64,000 nucleotides of DNA, taken from assembly GCA_904063045.1 (NCBI GenBank), contig CAJFCJ010000019.1:3354684-3418683 (forward strand). The letters run 5' to 3'. Both the position numbers and the translations under genes were made by a program. Source of the DNA: Dimorphilus gyrociliatus (Eukaryota; Animalia; Annelida). Under the pieces are notes generated by a model. It saw nothing but the letters and a program-made list of their open reading frames with translations, was not told the DNA's origin and did not search any database. Shown piece after piece: positions 10,696 through 23,615 of the stretch (position 1 is its first letter; every line of letters starts with the position of its first letter).

Positions 10696-13267
10696 ATGGG
10701 ATCTGGAAGCACTAAACATAACAATTCGGATAAACGGAAACAGCAAGTATATCAGCAAAACTATGAACGAAAACCATCGTCTGCTGAAGTTGAAAGAACT
10801 TCGTCAAGCTTCATAGTCTCCGTTCAAAATATGCGAGAATTCCCTTCGGAGGAAGAACAAGAAAGAATTTTGCAAAATGAAGATAGTCAATTGGGATTTC
10901 AAGATTCTTCTTGCGACGATATTTTTACTCTAATAATGCAAGCAGATGAGTTTCTGAATGTAAGTGTCGGCTTTATTATTGTGTTCAATGCAAGGAATAA
11001 TATATACCATGATATATGTATTACTATTAATAGCGTGGGATTTTGTATTTCAGATTGTAAATGCTATTAAAAAAGATATTTTTTTAATTTATTCTAGAGG
11101 ACGAAAGAATTCGACGAGCTAATTGAACATTGGCGTAGTCAATCCAATTCAGAAGAAGGCAAACTACTTGAGTATTTAGGATTAAGGGGTCATATGCAGG
11201 CAGAACTTTTACAAATTCAACAGCTACTCTTGAAATTAGATCCTAATCTAACGAGATTTAATGAATTTGAATCATCATGGCCCATTGTCGTGCAAAAACT
11301 AAGAATGCTTTTAAACCAACAAAAGGGAATGACTGGAAAAGAAGCTTCACATAAAGTTGACGATTTTATCAACAGCGGTGATCATGATTCTCGTCCCCCA
11401 TTAGAGGGAGGAGGAGAAACGTCTACCGCACGAGGTTCACAAACCGCAACATTTTCAGCTAATGTCAACAATACATCAAATGGAACAAAAGTTCAAGCCA
11501 GTTGTGCGACAGATAATCCTGCACGAGAAGAGATAGGTATTCAGAATGATATACAATTAGAAACTGAAGAGGAATTAGAAAGAAGACATAAACAAGAAGA
11601 AGACAAAGTCAATAGGGTATTCCAATCTAAAATAATACGCCAAAAGTTGGAAAATAACTTAGGTGAAGATGATTTGAGGAAATTATTGGCTGGTCACACC
11701 GAAATAACGCAGGTAGATAGTATTCAATAACGTTAATTGTTATTGATGTAACTATATTATTTATTTTTTCAACAAAGGCTCTGAAACGACGTCAAGCAAT
11801 GGAAAGAGATATCATTAAAGGGAAAATAGACATGAAAAAAAAATTAAGAGAGGCAAATCAGAACGAAAGAGATGAAAATAAATTAAATGATGTTATTAAT
11901 CAATACTTGGTATGTAATAACATTGTTGTTCGTGTTATTGTTTTCATAGTTTCAAAAATAAAAACAGGAAAAGGACAGCGACGATGCCGACCTAGAGATT
12001 GATCCAGAATTGGTGAGTTTATCTTGGTTTTGAATATAATCAAACAACTCTTTTCTATTTTACTGTATTTTAGAAAAAGAAACTTGAAGATGAAATGGGA
12101 GCTGTCTTCTCTAATATTAATACCATATCGAAAGAGGATATTCAAAATCTTATATTAAAGACACTAAAAAGTATGGAGGATAGTTCAACTGACACAGGAG
12201 ATGCTACAGAAACTTTTAGTAGTGATAGTGATGGGGAATCAAATATTGAAAACATAGTATGTAAAATTCTATCCTTATTTTATCATTATCTTTCTTATTG
12301 AATTGAATATAATCTATATAATAGGAAAAGGAAAACATGAATAAGTTTATCAGACAAATGGGTCAAGGAGAGCAAGATGAGGAAGCAATAATTGCATCAA
12401 TTAAAAATCACTTACTCACAAAGGAAGAACTTAGAGAACGATTGGCACTTGAAAGGAATTCGCATAAAGCCAATATAGATAAAATGCGTCGCGATAGACG
12501 GAGTAACCAAGCAAACGCAGGTAGTGAAAATGAAAATAGTGATGACGGTTCTGCCTTTGGCGAGGACTCTAAGGTATTAAACTAAACAAAACATATATAT
12601 GCAATACACTTAATGCTATTCTTCCAATAGCAATTGTCGGAATTAGATAGAGACCTAGCAAGACGAATAGCGTCTGGAGGTAAACTTAGTGAAGAAGAGC
12701 TGAGAAAACTGCTAGAAAACTACTCCAAACAGAGATCAAGTATTATTGATATAAGATATCAAGAAAAAGAAAGAAATAACAAAGTGTTACAACAAAAAAA
12801 GGCTGAGAGGGAGAAGAGATCTAAGAAAAAACGAGAAAATCTCGATTTACTAAAAGATATTGATTACTCCAAACTTGATGTTGAAACTATGTTCGAACTT
12901 GTTAAGAATAAGCAGAATTCTGGTGAGCTAACAATGGAGGCTTTTCAAGATTTAATGTTTGCTTATACAAAAAGAATAAATAAAGAAAAGAGGAAGAAGC
13001 AAAAAGTCGATACGGTAATTAATTACCTTCCAATGAATATATTGTTACCTTTCGTAAATAAGACATTGAAAGAGGCTATTATTTTGTAAAACTTGCGTTT
13101 TCTTTTGTTTTTAGAGAGATGTTTCAATGGCTCAAGCCACTGAAACCATATTAAAAGAACACGAGGAACAAGCTAAACATATAAAAGAAATACATGATAA
13201 GGAAGCCAGTAAGTTCAAGAAACAGTTGGAGGAGAGGAAGAAAGAAAGAAGACAGAAACTAAATTAA
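10696..13267 (+). CDS. Uncharacterised coiled-coil protein with N-myristoylation-type start (MGSGST), multi-exon
   Basis: ORFs at 10666, 11194, 11799, 12095, 12337 and 12634 are joined by short GT-AG introns. Composition is E/K/R/Q-rich heptad-like. The final exon ends ...ERRQKLN* at 13267. No family recognised. Confidence 0.75.
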
Positions 13268-13460
13268 TCAAAGTCATAACTAATAAACGAATTAATTTTG
13301 TAAATTAATTTTAATAATTATAATATGTATATAATTTGTTTTCATTCATAACAGATAGTAGTATTTTGACTCAAATTTACAGTATTAATTCCATATTTCT
13401 GGAATATTTAGTCAATTTGAAAGAAGATTTTGTTTTACATAATAGTATATTATTTTTCAA

Positions 13461-14762
13461 TTAGTGCACATTGGCACTTTCTTGACGATTATTTCTGATC
13501 TCTTCGTTTGAGGTTCGACTAACAAGTACCATAATGATAAACAATAAAGTCAAAAAGGCCAGAGTTAGAGTTGAAAACGCATTAAACATATATCGGTATG
13601 TGAACCGACAATACCACAAAACACTTAAAATAAGTATGAAAAGTGGTAGCATTAATCTACCCATTTGTATATTTGTCTCATCTTGATTATTTCCATTTTG
13701 TTGTTCGTTGCGTATTCTGGAAATCAGACAATGAATAACAGAATTATCTCTAACGTTGTATTGTTGAAGTGTTTGGCTCTCCTGTCTTAACTCTTGTCCG
13801 TTGAAAACGAAACGAATGTATTCATTTTCCGCCAATTCCTCTTGAAAATATTTCCTTAAATGTAAAAATAAAATTATAAATCTTTAATTTCCAATGTCAC
13901 GTGTGATAGTATAGTTTATTTACTTATTAACGTTAAATACTAAATACTATAATTCAAAAAGTATTAATAATAAACGTAAGATTAACGCGGCTTAATTTAG
14001 AGATATTACGTTCGATACCACAAGCAAACTGGATCCCGCAGATTAAATCTGCAGGTAGCACATGTGATTAGGGATAATTCGTTTGCAACGATTGGTTCTT
14101 ATTCTTTTTGTAATTCATTTGTATGAAATATATGTAAAATGTGTATAATACCGTTTAAATTCTCCAATAGTTTCTGTTTGTGGCGTTCTAACCTCTCTTT
14201 GCCTATCATCAAGAAATTTCAGTTTGACAGTGATTAATCCTAAATGACTATCCGATTCATCGTTAGTCGTATTAGATTCAGTATTATCTGCTTCCCTATT
14301 GATTTCCTCATTAGGGGGTTCAGCATCGCGAGTTTCAATACTCTTTGTAAGTCTTTCTATTCTTCTCTGTCGTAGATCATTTACAGTTTGAGGATTTCCA
14401 TTTTCAACTTCAACGGGCACTTCTGTCAATTGAGGATCATCAGATTGTTCTGAGTTTCTAGCTTCCTCTGTAGTGTTTTCGGATGAACTGACCGTTGTAG
14501 TCTCTCTAGTCTCTTCTGTTGTGTCTTCTACGGGCCTTGTTTCCTCATGCAAACTATCAATTTGAGCAGTTTGCAACAAAACGGGCCTTGAATTTGTTAG
14601 ACGAAGAATAAATTCGTGCATGTAGTTTCTTTCGAACACAAAGAGATGCCTAGGTATATCCGTAACACTTGTTGAAAGCCAAGCGAATACAATTACGAAA
14701 AATGATAGTAACAAGCCAACAACAACCAGAACCTCATTACCTACGCCTTCAATTAATTCCAT
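13461..14762 (-). CDS. TMUB: Transmembrane and ubiquitin-like domain-containing protein (2 exons; intron 14151-13855)
   Basis: Starts MELIEGVGNEV + TM (TMUB1 MALIEGVGDEV). UBL domain ITVKLKFLDD...IRFVFNGQEL...VIHCLIS, then two C-terminal TMs. Confidence 0.92.
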
Positions 14763-14885
14763 GATGAATCTAAAAGTCAAAAGTTGTATACTGGTATCAT
14801 TGGTATAATAATCAAAAGTGATTTTGCTATATTATATGTCAATTTTCCAATTTTTGAACATTAATAGAATGCAACTGCAAACAAA

Positions 14886-14887
<2 letters not shown>

Positions 14888-14915
<28 letters not shown>
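14888..14915. repeat. (TA)n microsatellite
   Basis: About 14 TA units in the TMUB/PMVK intergenic region. Confidence 0.9.
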
Positions 14916-14919
<4 letters not shown>

Positions 14920-14984
14920 AGCAATCTGTTAAATAATAACTGGTAACAAAAAGTAAAACATTCGGCTTTTCTTATCTGGAGAAA

Positions 14985-14997
14985 TGCCACCTGGTGT
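14985..14997 (-). promoter_or_regulatory. CTCF-like motif in the TMUB/PMVK bidirectional promoter
   Basis: Reverse complement ACACCAGGTGGCA matches the CTCF core CCASYAGRKGGC closely. Confidence 0.5.
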
Positions 14998-15047
14998 TTT
15001 ATAAGAATTACATATTGTCGCTAATCGGCATTCTGTAACTCAGGAAA

Positions 15048-15673
15048 ATGAATGCAAAATCACACGTAGTGATTGTTCTGAGCGGAAAGAGAAAGAGCGG
15101 AAAGGATTTTGTTGCTGATATGTTGCTTCAATGGTAAAATCAACTGTTTCTCATTTATACTTAGAACTTTTTATTTTCAAAGTTTTCCTCAGTTTCAAGG
15201 AGAGTGGTGAAATTTTACGAATATCAGAGCCTCTTAAAGAAATTTATGCTAGAGAGCATGACTTGAATTTCGAACGCCTCCTTGATGCGTCTGAATACAA
15301 AGAAAAACATAGAGCAAACATGATCAAATGGGGAGAAGAGCAAAGAGAGAAAAATCCTTATATATTTTGTGAAACGGTTATTAGAAAAGCAAGCAAACGA
15401 ATTTTGATAATAAGTGATGCTAGGAGGAAGACAGATCTGGAATTTTTTCGAAGAGAATTTCCTAAAAACTTATTGTTAATCCGCATTGAGGCTCAAGAAG
15501 AAACTCGCCAAAAGAGAGGTTGGGTGTTTACAAAAGGTATAGACGATGCTGACTCAGAGTGCAATTTGGATTCTATAAAAGATTGGGACTACGTAGTAAA
15601 GAATGACAAAGACAATTTAGATATTCAGGAAGATATCAAGTCCATAGCGCACAAAGCTCTTGAATTAGTTTAG
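15048..15673 (+). CDS. PMVK: Phosphomevalonate kinase (animal type), 2 exons
   Basis: MNAKSHVVIVLSGKRKSGKDFV (P-loop), RISEPLKEIYA, YKEKHRANMIKWGEEQR, ISDARRKTD, RGWVFTKGIDDADSECNLD. Confidence 0.96.
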
Positions 15674-16409
15674 TACAACTTTGTTTTTCTTTTGTTACAA
15701 TTTTACCAAAATAAATTATATTTGTATATTATTAATGATAATATATAAGTAGCTTATACAATTTATAGATAAGTAGATAAGCAGAACTTTTACCCATTTT
15801 AAAAACTGTTGAAATATTGTTGGACCCAGTTTTTTTGAATGAATGAATGTTTTGCTTTTTCGGAAGTGTAAGAGACACCGCCATTTTGAAACTCGCAGTT
15901 TGATTTTTTTTTAAATTTTGTGTTTTCTTCAAGGTTGGTTAAAAGTGTACGAAATTCAGCATGCAAATTTTTATTTGTCATTTTATATTATTCTTTATTA
16001 CATTAGTCATGCATGTCTAACTTTAACAAAAATAGAGAGCTTTCACCTCTTGTTATTATCTTTAGGAGATGAATTGGTCTAGGCACAATCCTCTCTACCA
16101 ACACATGCATGTAGTTCAAAATAACTCTGGTATAATTAATATATTATTTTGCATCGTATGCAATCACTTGCTTTGAATATCATTCGCAGACAAATTGCCT
16201 CATGTAAAATGCACGTGTGAAAGAAAAAGTTTTTCACATGCTGGCGAATTACGTACTTCTTCAGTTAGGCCATAGTCAACTGATTTTATGAAAAATACAT
16301 AATTTTGGGTAAATGCGATAAGTGGGAAATTTTCTTGTAGCGCTTCTTTTGATTATTTATTTTATACATAAACTTTGGCTTTACAATTTACTATATCAAC
16401 TCCCTAGAT

Positions 16410-19400
16410 ATGGCGCTGAGACCTGAGGATGGAAATCAGGAATTAAATCTCCAAGGGCAGGCTCTAAATCAGGAATGCGGATCAAAATCTAGTGATATTC
16501 CTAGTCATGATAAAATCCAAACTAATGGTCAAGACGAAGAGATGGACTGGCAATGCAAATCTTGTGGTAAATGGAATTACGGCGATATCCTAAAATGTGC
16601 ATCCTGCAAGACATCTTTCGATCAGACTTGTAAACGATATGATCCAAAAACAGGAGAACTTATAAGTCCCGCCGTAACAGCTCAAAGTAATAACCGATCA
16701 ACTTCCAAACCACCTTTTATTATTAAAAGAGGTGACTGGAATTGCTTGTAAGAGATTATTCAATCGCAAAATTCTACAACTATATAACAAAAACATTTTA
16801 CAGAGAGTGTGAAACTATTAATTTTAAAAACAAACGCGACTGCTTCGGTTGTAAAGCTAAAATAAATGATACAATTCATCGATACGGACAAAAGAATGAT
16901 TGGACTTGCAAGTAAAATAATTAATCGTTGCAAAAATTCTCATGACTGACCTGTATCTTTTTAGGAATTGTCTTCACTTTAATTTTTCCGTCAACAGTTC
17001 ATGTGAAAATTGTAGGAAAGAACTTGATGATACAGATATAAAAATTCAATCGGATTACATTCTATTATCAGTTGATAATGAAAAAATCGATAAAGCACCT
17101 CAAAAAGGACCTACAATTGTGTTTTATCCTTTTATTAGAGGACCATCGTCCGTATTAGTGAGTATTTTAAAAATTTCTACTAAAAATTAAATGATAATTA
17201 AATCTCATTTCAACTTTAGAAAGCGAAAGACGAATTTGAACTATATGGAAAAGTTAAGGACGTTGTGATTAAAAATGAGTAAGATTTGAATTTTAAAGAG
17301 TTTTTATTCTAATACTTTCTCTTTATGTCAACCCCAGTAATTTATATATGTTGTTCGCCGAACAAAAATGTGCTCAAAAAGCCTGCGTTGAACTGAAAAG
17401 TCGTTTCGGTACGCAATTGTGTTATTACATCCCAGAGAAGAAACTTGAATTAAATCCCACTGTTGATGGAACTTTCGAATTGCGGTATTATAGGTATAGC
17501 AAATCTGAACAAATGACTAAATCTCAAAAAAATGTTAGATTTTTTTATATGAATATGAAAGATGGTACTATAATTGAAACAATTTTTCATTTAAGACTGT
17601 CATCAGCAGCTTTTTAAAGTACGGTAATGTTCAAGGGCTTCGAGAGACAAAGGACAGGTACTATTTGTTAAATTTTATATACTTGTATATTTTTAAATAA
17701 CTCTCAAAATGAACATGTTTACGTAGATACGTCTATATTGAATTTAAATCTCACGACGAAGCAGTTAGCGTGCTCAATAGTAAAATTTATGGAGTAGAGA
17801 TTCCCCCTGAAAAGAGATTGTCTAGTGTAAAGCCATCACGAACAAGTCGTTCACTTTCAAGATCACGTTCTCCAAAACATGAAAGTAGAATAAATTCATC
17901 CAAGAGTAATTAACATCTTGTACCATTATGACAATTTAATCATTCTCTGTCGTTTTAGACCCGCTTTCTCATGGAGTACACCAATGCAAAGTTTGTGAAA
18001 TGTATTTTGAGAATGATGACGTACGTCGCGAATATTAATAATACTTAAATATGTTAATTAATTTATTATTTATAGTCATTTAATTTCCACTGTCAAGGAA
18101 CATTGCACAAATTTAAAATGAATAAAATCGGATCTAATAAGACTTTACCAGATCCTGATTTTTATGGATCAAGATTTTATTCAAAACTCAACGGTTTGCA
18201 ATGTAAGGTAAGGAGAATTATTGCTTTTATTGGTATAATTTATAAATCGTTTTGTTTTGTCAGCTTTGCAAGAATCAATTTACTAACAATAGAGATTTAA
18301 ATTTGCATTTTACAACTTCGGAACATATGCACGTTAGTAACAATTCTTCGGTAAAAGTTTATCTATGTTTATAAGTATATGAACAAAATTTTAGAATTAC
18401 GATAAAACGGAACGTGCTATGAAAGAGAATCGTATACTGGAAGTTTTCGATCGATTAGAAAATATTCAAGATATCAGAGGATGGCAGAGAGGTATCAAAA
18501 TTGATTTATTTCTTTGTATTATTTGTGGTCATAACTAACTAAATGCTCTTCTAAACATAAATTTAAACGTTTAATCATTTCTTCAGAAAAAGATTCAGAG
18601 AAGGAAGATGAAAATATTACGAATTTTAATCATGGAAAAACTTTAATAGAACGAACAAAATTGGACTGTGATGAAAGAATAGTTATACGCAAATCACAGA
18701 AGGATGTTTCGGAACGTAGAGAGAAAGATCCTAGACAAGAAAGATCGCGCTCAAGAGATAGATTCAGATCAAAAGTAGTGGATATTCAAATCGATAATGA
18801 TATTCGATTAGCTGAAAAGCGAAAGATTGACTTGGATGCAGCCGACCGAATCAGACGATCAGATAATCCCTGTAAAAGACGATACGGTGACCACGTGTTT
18901 GAAGACGGTTCAAAGAGAAACGATATTGAAACCAGTGTTTACGATCAGGACAGTTTTCACGGACTAGATTTGGGAAGACGTTACGAAGATAAATTTAGGT
19001 CCGATGATTCTGAGAGCAGAAAAGCAAGTCGATCGATCGAGAAAGATTGGGAATCTCCTCAGGTAATCCACGGTCGTTTTCATTATCATCCACAGCACTA
19101 GACGATATTTGTTAGCTTGTCTTTATTCTATCAACTTAACGTGACAACGTTTATTCATCTATATATTAATTCGCTACGGTGGGCCAGAAATTCACTTTTA
19201 CGAATATGGTACTATAGTTTTTAGATCTAACCAATTGTGATATTATAATGATTCTATGAAATTTTAATTCACATATTTAAGATTTAATATAAAGAGATTT
19301 AATGTCATTTTTTTCCCTTAGGAACGTTCCATACCAATAAATCCGGGGACTATTGCAGTTTTAACGTCCCTGAAACAATTTGTGAGAATGATGAGAGAGG

Positions 19401-19660
19401 CTGACTGCAAAAATAACCACTGCAAAAGAAATTTCTATGAAAAAATTGCACGAGACACTGGTATAGTTAATAGCGATATAATAGAATCAGCTATGGAGAC
19501 ATTAAGGCGAACTAGCCCAACACTGTTATCATTAATTGAAACTCTAGACCCAAAAGATTTAGCAATACAAGAACCTACAAAAATTGCCCATATACTTGAT
19601 ATATTTTCACCTCCAATACCAAATTCTGCTAATTCTACTGCAAGTCGACCAAGGTACTAG
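16410..19660 (+). CDS. Putative RNA-binding protein: 3 RanBP2-type zinc fingers, 2 RRM-like domains, RS-rich linker, 2 matrin/U1-type C2H2 fingers, RD/RS-rich region
   Basis: RanBP2 fingers: WQCKSCGKWNY..KCASC, GDWNCL|ECETINFKNKRDCFGC, DWTCK|NCLHFNF..SCENC. RRM-like: FELYGKVKDV..YMLFAEQKCAQKA and YVYIEFKSHDEAVSVL. C2H2 fingers: CKVCEMYFENDD|SFNFHCQGTLH and CK|LCKNQFTNNRDLNLHFTTSEH. It could be more than one gene. Confidence 0.7.
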
Positions 19661-20110
19661 AAAATTATTAGTTGTGCCAATAATTTATTCAAAGAAATTT
19701 ATACTATTTATACTGATTATTAACATTGTTTTGGAACTGTTCATATGTTATCTCTAAGAAAACACATAGTTATGTATATATAAATATGTTGAAGTTTTTT
19801 TCTAATTTGATTCACAAGCCAACAGGAACAAATTTCTTAGAAAGATGTTACTTTGTGTATTCATTTTTTTAATTAAAGAAAATACGATTAATGTAATTCG
19901 TAGTAACAATCTTAACGTTCATTGATAAGACATCCGAAACATAACAGTTAGCTTACTATATAAAAAATTTGAAAATAATAAAGCCCAAAAAAAAAAAATA
20001 GTAAAATAAGCGCTAGCATGCGGAATCATTTGTTTGACACTTGTAAAATTATGATAACGTCAGTTATTCAATCATTTTTAGGTGTTTGTTTTACTACTTC
20101 CCATTTGAGT

Positions 20111-20728
20111 TTAATCACGACTTCGACGTTTTCCCCTAGAGTTGTCGGTTTGAATACGGTGATGGCCAAACCAATCTGATTGAGAATTACCTAAATTCAG
20201 TTCGTTTGTCGAATTCACTGAGGCTAGTGAAAATGAATCGTCTAGATGAAATTTTTCTAGAGCTTCTAGATCTTGAACATCTATATACCTCGTCCGACGA
20301 GGTCTTGTTTTGCTGGGCTGCTGGAAAGCTGTCGTCTCGGACACACTTATCTCGCTAGGGCCATTAGGTCCCGGAGATGGAGGACTATTTACTCGTTTAC
20401 GATATATAGCTGTAGGTTTAATAACTTTTCTATATTTTCTTTCACCAACTCTAAGATCACTTGTCAATTCGGGAAGTTTTCTAATTTTCTTCTGTGAAAA
20501 AACAAAACATATATTTATTGTTATCGATGAATAGGCCAGTCGGCTATCAGATGTTACTCTAATAAACAAATAGTCTTACTGAGCTTTCCATCGTTCCTCC
20601 AAGGACGTTTGCTCCTGTAAGGTATAGAATTAACATAATCGTTTGAATTAAATTTTAAACTGCAATAAACAATTGGATAAATTCTTACCCAACATGCAGA
20701 AAACAAAAAAATGGATGAGACTGAACAT
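20111..20728 (-). CDS. Small secreted prohormone/neuropeptide-precursor-like protein (exons 20728-20689, 20614-20580, 20491-20111; 151 aa)
   Basis: Two GTAAG..AG introns splice in frame to give MFSLIHFFVFCMLGANVLGGTMESSKKIRK... (signal-peptide-like start). Basic sites YRKR and RPRRTR, and a C-terminal RGKRR. Confidence 0.6.
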
Positions 20729-20899
20729 ATGCGAATGTACACACAGGTTGTTTTTTTTTTAAGTCTTACGTATTCATTTTTATTAATTTTTCTTTGTCTA
20801 TTTAGATTACTTAATCTGATATATTCGAAAAGATCTTCAATAAATTAAACATCGAGTAGCTATCTATCTATTTTAGGCATAAAAAACGGAATCTGATAA

Positions 20900-23615
20900 T
20901 TATAACTCATATGATCCGCTGGCAATTAAAACGGCAATGTTCGAACACATAATTGATACCGAATTAATTAAATTTGAAATGTTTCTTTCGTTGTCTATCG
21001 ACTGGCAAATAAATTCCAAATATGAAAAATATGCACGAGAATTTTCAAACGTTAGAAATCTTTTTGCAGCTTGTCGACAGGACAAATATTCAGAGTATAC
21101 TGTTAAATGAACTTGCTTAAATCCAACTGGTCGACTCTGGCAGTAGATTTGAAAGAACTCTACAACTTTATCATCTTTAAGAAATACTGAGCAACTTTCA
21201 AGTGTTGAGTTTTGAGCTAATTGCCATGCTAGTGCTATACAATCAATTTTAACTTCTTTTTCAGTATAGTTGAAAGATTGAAGGCTGGTAAAATCGTTAA
21301 ATGCATTTTCAACATTATAAAAAACATCTTCCTGTCTGAATGGTGTAATTTTAAAGAATTGAATAGTTGAATTTTTTGGTAGAAACAATGAATTATCAGT
21401 TAATTTTACAATATTCGTCGTTAATTCTTTCAAATTAGATTGTTTTGAGATTGTTTGAAAAAATTCACTAATATTACGGGATGTTTGAAATTTAACAACG
21501 AAAATTAAGCGTAGAAGATTATCCAATATATCCTCATTCTTATAATTATATTCAACATTTGGATTTCTATCGTCGTATATTAGAAAATTTCGAAATTCAG
21601 CACTTTCCAATGTAGAAGAATTAAGAAATTTTTCTATAATAGAAAAAGGCACTTCCTCAAATCCTTCAATTAGGCCAATATGGTGTAAACGTCCAACAAG
21701 ACTTGGTAAATTTAATAATAAATCTTGTACATTAACGAATTTATTACAAACTCCTAAAGTTAAAGATGTTAATCCAGACCAATTGTTAAAGTAATTCGTA
21801 AGACTAATAGGAAACTCCGTTTCTATTAATAGTTTTGTCTTTCAAGTAACAAACTTATACTATAACAATATATGGAATGATAAAAACAAACAAACAGAAT
21901 TAAAGAATTATAGAAACATTTATAGCTAACCTTAATGTATTTTTGTTTTTTTATAAATGTTATATTATTATTAATTTTGACCCAAAAAATATTGAAATGA
22001 ACCATATATATATTCTACTTAATGATCTTTTTAATAGATAAATTATTGGTTGCTGTTTTTTCTTTTTTCTTTTTTTTTTGATTAATACAAATTATTTAAA
22101 ATGAATAAAAAAAAGAGAGAATTCTTACTGAAGCAGCAACCGAATGACCATTCCATCTTTTATGTAATGAATCCAAAACGTGAAAGAAATAGACGAAATT
22201 TCTACGCCGCTTTCAAAATTACTCAACTACGTTTTTTTTTTTTTTAAATGTTACCATTGCGTACTCTATCCAAAAATGTTGTCAGATTATCTCTGATTGG
22301 TTGAAGCGTTTGATTTATCAGTGCCAATGATCACGTGATTCCAAGAGTTTAAAGAACTCAATCAGTTGAGATAGTTACTCAAATCGAGAGGCCAAAATAT
22401 CTAGGGTATTGAAGACAACACAAAGATAAATACAAACAATAAACTTTTCCTTTTTTTTTTTTAAATTTACATTTAAAAAATCAAGTTCAGCGCTTGTTCT
22501 TTTGTTTCTTTTTTTCCCTCGTATGGAATAAACTCTCCAATTTACGTATCTATTTATAAAACAAGATTAATTTTCCCTCTAATTATCTATACTAACGACT
22601 TTGAATTTTAAGAAATAAATATAGTTTGTTTACTGTGAAAGACAAAATGCTGAGGTAGATCTTGTACAATTGATATTGAAAAATTTGGTATTCCTTTCAA
22701 AGGTAACATGAGATTACAATTGATACATATTAGAGACGTATTCTCCTTTCCGTCCGTAAGGGCAAAATCCATTAGATTTGTATTATTGTCTGATGGAAAA
22801 GTTATTTCATTACATGAATTACATTGCATTTCCATCTTAGACGATTCCCAAAATTCCATGGAACAAAATTGGGTAATAGTTGAAAATGCCGATATCTGTG
22901 ATCTGGTTCTAATGGAATCAGAAATATCTAAATTTTTTAATTTAACTGATATTCTTTTAAAATTTTCAAAAGTTTTAATAATTTCAAGAATTTTTAATAA
23001 TTTTATCATATCATTTTCCTGTTTTAATTCAACAATAGAATACTCTAATTGAATTTGAAGTGAAGTGAATATATATTGATTTTCAAATTTCAATAACCAA
23101 TCACTTTTGGATTTAGTTAATACTAAATATTTTGTAAAATTAGCAAAAGTTTGTAAGACTTTTTCAAATTCAGGTAAAATTGATAATTTTGACTGGCTAA
23201 GGAGCTCTGTCTTCGAATACAATTCAAATTTCTTATTTAAACTATAAAAGATGACAGTTTCCAAAACACCATACTTTAATCGTTTGCAATCTTCATGTTT
23301 TCTATATAATGCTTCAAAAAGTTCGGAAGCAAATACTTCTTTGTAGCCATATTGATGTAATAGGCTTCTTTTTTCGTGAATTTTGAATTCAAAAGGTAAA
23401 ATCATCTGAAAATGTAATAAGTGCCCATACCAGACGTCATTTATGCTATTGAGGTGACAAAAGCTATTATCCTGTCGAAGTAAGTCGTAAGGAGATAAAT
23501 AGCGACTCAAATGTTCGAGAATAAGATCCGGTAATCCGTCTATAGCGTTGCATCTTTCAAAGTTATTTCCTACAAAATCAGAGCAAATTTCAAATAATTT
23601 CCTGAGAGAAGACAT
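20900..23615 (-). CDS. LRRC41-like BC-box/RNI-like leucine-rich repeat protein (long ORFs 23615-22608 and 21838-20900; junction uncertain)
   Basis: N-terminus SLRKLFEICSDFVGNN...GLPDLILEHLSRYLSPYDL resembles LRRC41/elongin-A-type BC box (LFELCGRAV...LPGPILQSILPLL). The second ORF has no usable ATG and carries LxxLxL-type repeats (LTSLTLG, NLKELT, LQSFNY, LESCSV). Confidence 0.55.

Noticed and set aside
14010-14019. GTTCGATACC resembling a tRNA T-loop
   Set aside because: No T-stem pairing, and no D-arm or acceptor stem.
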